Shown here in pieces: positions 56,918 to 62,797 of a stretch of DNA of 62,797 nt. Each line of letters starts with the position of its first letter. Position 1 is the stretch's first letter. A model generated the notes under the pieces. It had not been told where the DNA came from and made no database searches. It saw only the letters and a list, made by a program, of their open reading frames with translations. Where the stretch lies: assembly GCA_041690295.1 (NCBI GenBank), contig JAWLHR010000019.1:1-62797 (forward strand). The letters are read 5' to 3'. The translations under genes and the position numbers were made by a program. The DNA is from Bdellovibrionales bacterium. Its GTDB lineage: Bacteria; Bdellovibrionota; Bdellovibrionia; Bdellovibrionales; UBA1609.

Positions 56918-58308
56918 CCGAAGAGCTGCCGCTCTTCAATCAGTTGCCGCGCCTTATCGGGCACAAGCTTTCGCCAATTGGGATCGCGTTTTTCGAGAAG
57001 TTCCCGCACATATGATGAATGAACCGAGGTGTCCAGATCATCGCAGTTCAAAACATCGGTGATCCATTCATTCGCCATCAAATATTTGTAGAGGTGGTGC
57101 AATTTCTCGGGCGGATTGAAACTACCCGCGGTCAGGCAAAGGTTTTGTTCTTTGTACGGATAAACAAACATCCGCGTTCGCTCATCGAATAACCGGCTCA
57201 TGCCTTCGAGAATCCCGCCTGGGAGTTCGCGGTAATATTGTTCGTCGAACATGCGCTCTAAAAGATGGGCGCCGACGACAATGCCGATCGCTTGGTCCGT
57301 GCATTGCCGTAAGAAGCTTTTCATCTGGTAAAACAACCGGAAGTTCGACACCAAAACTTCGTAGTTGAGAGCGGAAAGAGTGTCCACGCGGTGGAGAAAA
57401 TCCTCATCATCCACATGTCCCGATTTCCCCTCAAGTGAGGACATCGTGATTTCAAGGAGCACTTTGGGGCCGGCGTCTTTGAGCAGAGGATGCTTATTGA
57501 ACTGCTCTTCCACCTTGCGCAAAACTTCAAGGTTGGAGTTCGTCACCGGCCGGTAGGTTCCACGCATGATCAAAATCGGTTGGCGGTATAGATCATCACC
57601 GGCATGAAGGATTTCGCTTTTGGTGCCGAATAAAACCGCTTCGGTGAGATGCTGTTTCACCAGTTCGAGATTCATCAACCGGTTATCCAGATGTTGGAGA
57701 TCCGGTCCGGTGAAGCGGATCATGTTCACTTCAATCCGTCGCGTATTCAAGCTATCGAGCAGACAGGTGATTCTTTCCTCGGGCTGATCGGGCGGGAAAA
57801 ACGCCATGTGGATCAAATTCACGCCGAGGATGCCCAGAGCCTCTTGTTGCTGAAGACGGAATCGATCCCAGAGCTTCACATGAAGAACAATGTCGTTATA
57901 AGGGCCCTCGGGTTTGGTTTGGAAACGAATGCCCAACCAACCATGGGAGCGGCCCTGGCCATCATCTTGGGATGCGGTGGCCACCGTGTTGGCGAAGGCG
58001 AAAAAGCGGGTTGTGGAACCGCGTTTCTGGCGCAGACGTTCTTGCAGCAACGAGAACTCGTGATCGAGCATTTTCAAGAGCCGGGGTTCGCAAACATACC
58101 GGTTCTCCTTGCCGTAGATCTCGTCACTAAAGGTCATGTCGTAGGCTGAGATGGTTTTGGCGATCGTCTGTGAGGCGCGTCCCGCTTGGAAAAAGTGTCG
58201 GGCCGTTTCCTGGCCCGCGCCGATTTCCGCGAAAGTGCCGTAGATGGATTCTTCAAGGTTGATTTGAAGGGCTTTTTTAAATGGGCTTTCGTCACGATGT
58301 GTGGTCAT
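56905..58308 (-). CDS. Conserved nucleotidyltransferase-like protein (nicotinate/nicotinamide-nucleotide adenylyltransferase-like family)
   Basis: YGTFAEIGAGQE, AKTISAYDM and RGTYRPVT. Confidence 0.65.
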   Translation of the reverse strand: MTTHRDESPFKKALQINLEESIYGTFAEIGAGQETARHFFQAGRASQTIAKTISAYDMTFSDEIYGKENRYVCEPRLLKMLDHEFSLLQERLRQKRGSTTRFFAFANTVATASQDDGQGRSHGWLGIRFQTKPEGPYNDIVLHVKLWDRFRLQQQEALGILGVNLIHMAFFPPDQPEERITCLLDSLNTRRIEVNMIRFTGPDLQHLDNRLMNLELVKQHLTEAVLFGTKSEILHAGDDLYRQPILIMRGTYRPVTNSNLEVLRKVEEQFNKHPLLKDAGPKVLLEITMSSLEGKSGHVDDEDFLHRVDTLSALNYEVLVSNFRLFYQMKSFLRQCTDQAIGIVVGAHLLERMFDEQYYRELPGGILEGMSRLFDERTRMFVYPYKEQNLCLTAGSFNPPEKLHHLYKYLMANEWITDVLNCDDLDTSVHSSYVRELLEKRDPNWRKLVPDKARQLIEERQLFGYRP

Positions 58309-59978
58309 TAGCCCACTCCGGATTGGCGCAGTTCCCGCCTGAGAATTTTACCCACATTGGATTTCGGAAGATCCTCGCGAAACTCCACATGGCGGGGAAC
58401 TTTGTAGCCGGTGAGACTGTTCTTGCAGTGCTGGATCACTTCTTCCTTGGTGAGAGATTTGTCCTTGGGCACGATGAACACTTTCACCGCTTCCGTTGAG
58501 TGGGGATCGGGGACACCGACCGCCGCGACTTCAAGAACTTTCGGATGGGACGAGACGACTTCCTCGATTTCATTGGGATAGACATTGAATCCCGAAACCA
58601 GGATCATGTCCTTGATCCGATCGACGATGCGAATGAATCCATCCTCGTCCATGATTCCCACGTCACCGGTTCTCAGCCATCCGTCCTCGCTTAAGACTTT
58701 CGCGGTCTCATCCGGACGCTGCCAGTAACCCTTCATCACTTGCGGGCCGCGAATACAGATTTCGCCGGGTTCGCCGAATTTAACTTCGTTACCGTCGGAA
58801 TCGACCAACTTAATATCGGTTGAAGGAACGGGAATACCGATGGTGCCGGCGCGATCCGTGCCGTCGATGGGATTCACGCAAGCCACGGGCGACGTCTCAG
58901 TCAGACCGTAACCTTCAACCAGCGGTGATTTGGTGAGTTGCAGCCACTTTTCAGCAACCGTTCGCTGTAAAGCCATCCCGCCGGCCACGCTGATTTTAAG
59001 ACCGGAAAAATCAATTTTCGTGAAATCCGGATGATTCATCAGCGCGTTGTAGAGCGTGTTCAGGCCGACGAACAAAGTGAACGGGTTTTTACGAAGTGTT
59101 TTGATGAATCCCGGAATATCGCGCGGATTCGTGATCATGAGGTTGGTCGCCCCATAGGCCATCATGGCGAGCGCGTTCACTGACAGCGAAAAGATATGAT
59201 AAAGCGGCAAAGCGCAAACCGCGGTTTCATTTCCTTCAATCAAACGCGGGCGCATCCATTCGAAGATCTGCAAGGCGTTGGCGATGATGTTTCGATGGGT
59301 GAGCATCGCGCCCTTGGCCACGCCGGTCGTGCCGCCTGTGTATTGCAAGAACGCCAAATCCTCGGGTTCCACTTTGACCGGTTGAAAACTGGAATCCGCG
59401 CCGTAGTCCATGGCTTCAAACCAGGAGTACGCGTTGGGAAGGTCGTAAGCCGGCACCATTTTTTTGACGTATTTGACCATTGAGTTCACAACCAGGCTTT
59501 TGGGAAAGCCGAGCATGTCGCCGACTTCAGTCACAACCACCGTTTCAATCGGCGTGTCTTTGATGATCTGCTCAAGCAAATGGGCGCTATTGGCCAAAAT
59601 CACGATGGCCTTCACGCCGGCGTCGCAGAACTGGTGTTTCATCTCGCGGGCGGTGTAAAGCGGATTGGTGTTCACCACCACCAACCCGGCCCGAAGCGCG
59701 GCGAAGAGCACGATCGGATATTGCAGTAAATTCGGCATTTGAATGGCGATGCGGTCGCCTTTTTGAAGGCCGGCGATGTTTTGCAAAAACGCGGCGAAAT
59801 CGGCGGAGAGATAATTCAATTCATCGTAAGTGAGCGAAGCCCCCATATTGATGAAAGCGGTGCGATCGCGGAACTTCTGCACGGATTCATCGTAGAGGTC
59901 GATGATCGAGGGGTAGCGATTGGTGTCGATTTCGTGAGCGACTTTGCTGGGATAACTCTTAAGCCATGGCCTCTGCAT
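58308..59978 (-). CDS. fadD: Long-chain fatty acid-CoA ligase
   Basis: MQRPWLKSYP start, LQYTGGTTGVAKG, EGYGLTE and SNVGKILRR. Confidence 0.95.
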   Translation of the reverse strand: MQRPWLKSYPSKVAHEIDTNRYPSIIDLYDESVQKFRDRTAFINMGASLTYDELNYLSADFAAFLQNIAGLQKGDRIAIQMPNLLQYPIVLFAALRAGLVVVNTNPLYTAREMKHQFCDAGVKAIVILANSAHLLEQIIKDTPIETVVVTEVGDMLGFPKSLVVNSMVKYVKKMVPAYDLPNAYSWFEAMDYGADSSFQPVKVEPEDLAFLQYTGGTTGVAKGAMLTHRNIIANALQIFEWMRPRLIEGNETAVCALPLYHIFSLSVNALAMMAYGATNLMITNPRDIPGFIKTLRKNPFTLFVGLNTLYNALMNHPDFTKIDFSGLKISVAGGMALQRTVAEKWLQLTKSPLVEGYGLTETSPVACVNPIDGTDRAGTIGIPVPSTDIKLVDSDGNEVKFGEPGEICIRGPQVMKGYWQRPDETAKVLSEDGWLRTGDVGIMDEDGFIRIVDRIKDMILVSGFNVYPNEIEEVVSSHPKVLEVAAVGVPDPHSTEAVKVFIVPKDKSLTKEEVIQHCKNSLTGYKVPRHVEFREDLPKSNVGKILRRELRQSGVG

Positions 59979-60023
59979 ATGTCCTACCTTTGATGTGCAT
60001 ATCAAAATAATGCGCAATTTTCC

Positions 60024-60674
60024 TTGCTCATGGCAAGTGCGGTTGGGCATATAGGCCGCATGCGTGTCAGTGTGGCGTACCGCTACTGGAATAACTTGTG
60101 GAGTCATTCGCGAAATGCCGAAATGTACGGCCGTTTCGCCTCGGAATCGGGATTGGGCGGTAATTTGGGAGTGGATATCACGGGTGAAGGCGACCTTTTG
60201 CCACTTCAGCAAAAAGCCAAAGCACTTTTGGATCATCGCTGCCTCTTCACCGATGTGCCTGACTTTGTTTACCGGCCGTCCACATTGGAGGCCATGACGG
60301 TTTTTATTTTTGATCGTCTCTCAGAGGACGGCGAAGGTTTAAAATCGGTCATGCTCACCGAAAACGGCCAGTGGCGATGCCGCAAAGTCAGGGGAGACGA
60401 CCAACTGGAGCTATCCCTTTCCTATCGGAATCTGGAATTGACCGTCAGAGGCCCGCTTGATCCGGAAAGCGCGCTGGTCGCACGACGTGAGGATTTGATC
60501 TCGGCGGTGGATGGCGTTTTTTCGCGTCAACCGATTATGCGGGAGAACGAGATCACTTGGGCGCGGGAACTCTTCTCGGAGCTGAAAAAAAGAATCGAAA
60601 TTTTGCATTACCTCATGATTGACTTGGGTCGTCATAAGATCCGTGTGGACGAATACGAGGCGTCTTTTGGATAA
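60024..60674 (+). CDS. QueD/PTPS-fold protein, degenerate
   Basis: LDHRCL and PSTLEAM resemble the PTPS LDH/PTxEN motifs; no HGH. Confidence 0.5.
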   Translation: MLMASAVGHIGRMRVSVAYRYWNNLWSHSRNAEMYGRFASESGLGGNLGVDITGEGDLLPLQQKAKALLDHRCLFTDVPDFVYRPSTLEAMTVFIFDRLSEDGEGLKSVMLTENGQWRCRKVRGDDQLELSLSYRNLELTVRGPLDPESALVARREDLISAVDGVFSRQPIMRENEITWARELFSELKKRIEILHYLMIDLGRHKIRVDEYEASFG

Positions 60675-60705
60675 TGCCCTTTCTTTACCATTACGGGGGA
60701 GAAAT

Positions 60706-61272
60706 ATGACTTTGAAACTGATTTTGGCCGCTTCGATTTTGGCTGTTCTAGGTGGATGCAGATCAAATCCGCACAAAGCCCGTAGCATCGAAACCAAAAT
60801 GGACAACGTTCAAGCCGTATCGGCCGGTGAAAATCTGGGAATTAAAGACGGCAATATGGTGGTGCAAAAGAAAGTGGCCATGAACGAAGAACTTCGCAAA
60901 CTGCAATACGAAGTCTTCGAGCTCGAAGATCGGGTTTACGGTAACCGAAAATACGGTTCCAAGGGTCTTTACGGAGCGCTCAAAGCCTGCCGTGAGGAGT
61001 TGGTTTCCAAAAAGCTTGGCGGAACCGGAAAACTCATGTGGACCGAACCGGCGGATCGCGTGACGGACAAAGAAACGGAATTCAACATTGGCGTGGATGA
61101 AACCGACAAAATCGTGGCGGTCAGCGAGGAATTTTTGAAAGACCGCATCGCCCGTTTCTTGAAGTACCGCTCGACTTTGCAAAAACGGCAGGATGAATAC
61201 GAAGAGAAACTGGAAATTTGTGACGCCGAACTGAAAGCCAAGAAGGAAGGGATGTCCAGTGCGATGGAGTAG
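60706..61272 (+). CDS. Hypothetical lipoprotein
   Basis: Lipobox LGGC; coiled coil. Confidence 0.8.
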   Translation: MTLKLILAASILAVLGGCRSNPHKARSIETKMDNVQAVSAGENLGIKDGNMVVQKKVAMNEELRKLQYEVFELEDRVYGNRKYGSKGLYGALKACREELVSKKLGGTGKLMWTEPADRVTDKETEFNIGVDETDKIVAVSEEFLKDRIARFLKYRSTLQKRQDEYEEKLEICDAELKAKKEGMSSAME

Positions 61273-61879
61273 TCTCCTCGTTCTCGCCGTGATTTTGACG
61301 GGAGAAAGCCTGTGGGCGGCTCCCGTTCTTGAAGCCAGCAGCCATTGTGTGGCGTACAAAGCCAGAAAAACCATGCTTTTTGTCCGCAAATTGTCCGTGG
61401 TCGGGCGCAATTGCGATGTTTCGGCTCAGGTTTTGCCCGAGGTGGGCGGTCTTTATAACATCGAAGTGAACGTTCCCATTCGCAGTTTCAATAGCGGAGA
61501 CAGTGAACGCGACAGGGATGTTATGAAGATTCTTAAGGCGGACGTGCGGCCGGAACTGACGTTTAAAACCGCTGCGAAAACGGCCGACCAGTGGCGTGAA
61601 CTCTTCGCGAAAAAGGATTTTGAGTTGGAAGGCGAGTTGTTCATCGGTGACAAGTCCTACCCACTCCGTATGAAATCCTCGTACATCCAGGGTGATGAGG
61701 CCGATGAAATTTCCGGTTGGGCCCAGGTGCGCTTTCAGGATTTCGGCTTGAAACCGCCCAAAGTGGTGGCGGGAATTCTGGTCAGCGTGAAACCGGAGCT
61801 GGAATTGTATTTTAATTTCGTCAGCACGCGGATTCTCGGTGCTGACTCGATTCGATTGCAAAAAGAGGGAAAACAATAG
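61259..61879 (+). CDS. YceI-like secreted protein
   Basis: [14 protein letters not shown] and DFGLKPP. Confidence 0.8.
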   Translation: MRWSSLLVLAVILTGESLWAAPVLEASSHCVAYKARKTMLFVRKLSVVGRNCDVSAQVLPEVGGLYNIEVNVPIRSFNSGDSERDRDVMKILKADVRPELTFKTAAKTADQWRELFAKKDFELEGELFIGDKSYPLRMKSSYIQGDEADEISGWAQVRFQDFGLKPPKVVAGILVSVKPELELYFNFVSTRILGADSIRLQKEGKQ

Positions 61880-62622
61880 TGCCGCGACTAGTTTTGATTC
61901 GTCATGGGGAAAGTCTTTGGAACAAGGAAAACCGTTTCACCGGATGGGTTGATGTTGATCTGAGTGAAAAAGGCCGTCAGGAAGCCGCCCAAGCCGGCCG
62001 GCTGATCAAAGAGGAAGGACTTGATTTCGATGTCGTGTTCACCTCGGTCTTAAGACGCGCGGTTCGGACCTTGTGGATCGCCCTTGATGAAATGCAGTGC
62101 TTTCACTTGCCGATTCAAACCTCGTGGCGGCTTAACGAGCGCCACTACGGCGCGCTTCAGGGATTAAATAAATCCGAAACCGCCGCGAAATACGGTGAAG
62201 AGCAGGTGAAAATCTGGCGCCGAAGCTACGATACGCCGCCACCGCCGCTCGGTGACGCCGAGAGGGAAGAACAGCGGCGCTTGCCTCCGTTCAAATCCAT
62301 TCCCGAGGCCGATTTCCCGCGCGGTGAAACTTTGAAAACCACGCTGGATCGCCTTTTGCCGCTGTGGAATGGAGAAATCGCGCCGCGGATCCGAAAGGGA
62401 GAAAAAGTTTTGATCGTGGCCCACGGCAATTCGATTCGCGCGCTCGTTCAGCACCTTGAAAAGCTCACGCCCGAACAAATCATGGAAGTGAATATTCCGA
62501 CGGGAACACCGCTGGTGTATGAACTCGGCGACGATCTGACATTCAAAAGCAAACGCTACCTTGGCGATCCGGAAGCCATCGCCCGGGCGCAAGCCGCCGT
62601 CGCCGCCCAAGGGAAAAAGTAA
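61879..62622 (+). CDS. gpmA: 2,3-bisphosphoglycerate-dependent phosphoglycerate mutase
   Basis: [22 protein letters not shown] and AHGNSIRAL. Confidence 0.98.
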   Translation: MPRLVLIRHGESLWNKENRFTGWVDVDLSEKGRQEAAQAGRLIKEEGLDFDVVFTSVLRRAVRTLWIALDEMQCFHLPIQTSWRLNERHYGALQGLNKSETAAKYGEEQVKIWRRSYDTPPPPLGDAEREEQRRLPPFKSIPEADFPRGETLKTTLDRLLPLWNGEIAPRIRKGEKVLIVAHGNSIRALVQHLEKLTPEQIMEVNIPTGTPLVYELGDDLTFKSKRYLGDPEAIARAQAAVAAQGKK

Positions 62623-62797
62623 AAAACTGCCCCACTAGCCTGCAGCTAATGGCCCAGCCCGAATCATATTATTGTGATAAACCGCATAGATGGCGAGGTG
62701 AAGGCGCAATCTATTAGGAATTTTCGTTGTGCACCAAGTCTTCCGCACTAGCCTATTGATATTGGCTCGAAGCATCGCACACGTGTGATTCAAACTA

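Noticed and set aside
59979..60236. 86-aa N-terminal extension of FadD in the ORF track
   Set aside because: It overlaps the divergent QueD-like gene; the FadD-like sequence starts at MQRPWLKSYP (59978).
60763..61876. 215-aa and 251-aa minus-strand ORFs
   Set aside because: Antisense to a coherent lipoprotein-YceI-gpmA operon.

Overview
The window looks like the chromosome of a predatory Bdellovibrionota-like bacterium. That is an inference from a glt/agl-type gliding cluster, a stand-alone FliG-C protein and many secreted Cys/Gly-rich proteins. It has four parts. (1) ~1-12.3 kb: an integrative element with a large serine recombinase, Prim-Pol/PriCT primase, DUF3987 helicase and resolvase with a res-like site. 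Its cargo is a PIN-like protein, a HEPN-like protein and a 405-aa group-II-like reverse transcriptase (FLDD). The RT is preceded by a structured leader with two 108-bp direct repeats and a 235-bp spacer (G2L4-like layout), and is tightly followed by a secreted protein and a PD-(D/E)XK-like protein. (2) ~12.5-20.2 kb: a biosynthetic operon joining toxoflavin-type ToxB/ToxC/ToxD homologues and a methyltransferase to a PLP beta-replacement enzyme, an ATP-grasp ligase and an MFS exporter. (3) ~20.3-34.7 kb: accessory secreted functions. These are an NlpC/P60 protein with a partner, an operon of radical SAM, small secreted protein, peptide-binding protein and histidine kinase, and a duplicated [Cys-rich protein -><- trypsin-like protease] module with a 491-bp identical tract. 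(4) ~35-62.8 kb: core-like genes (histidine kinase, lon, glt-like cluster, thpR, FKBP, M17 aminopeptidase, fadD, gpmA). I recognised no tRNA, rRNA or CRISPR array. All family calls come from motif recognition by eye; no database search was run.
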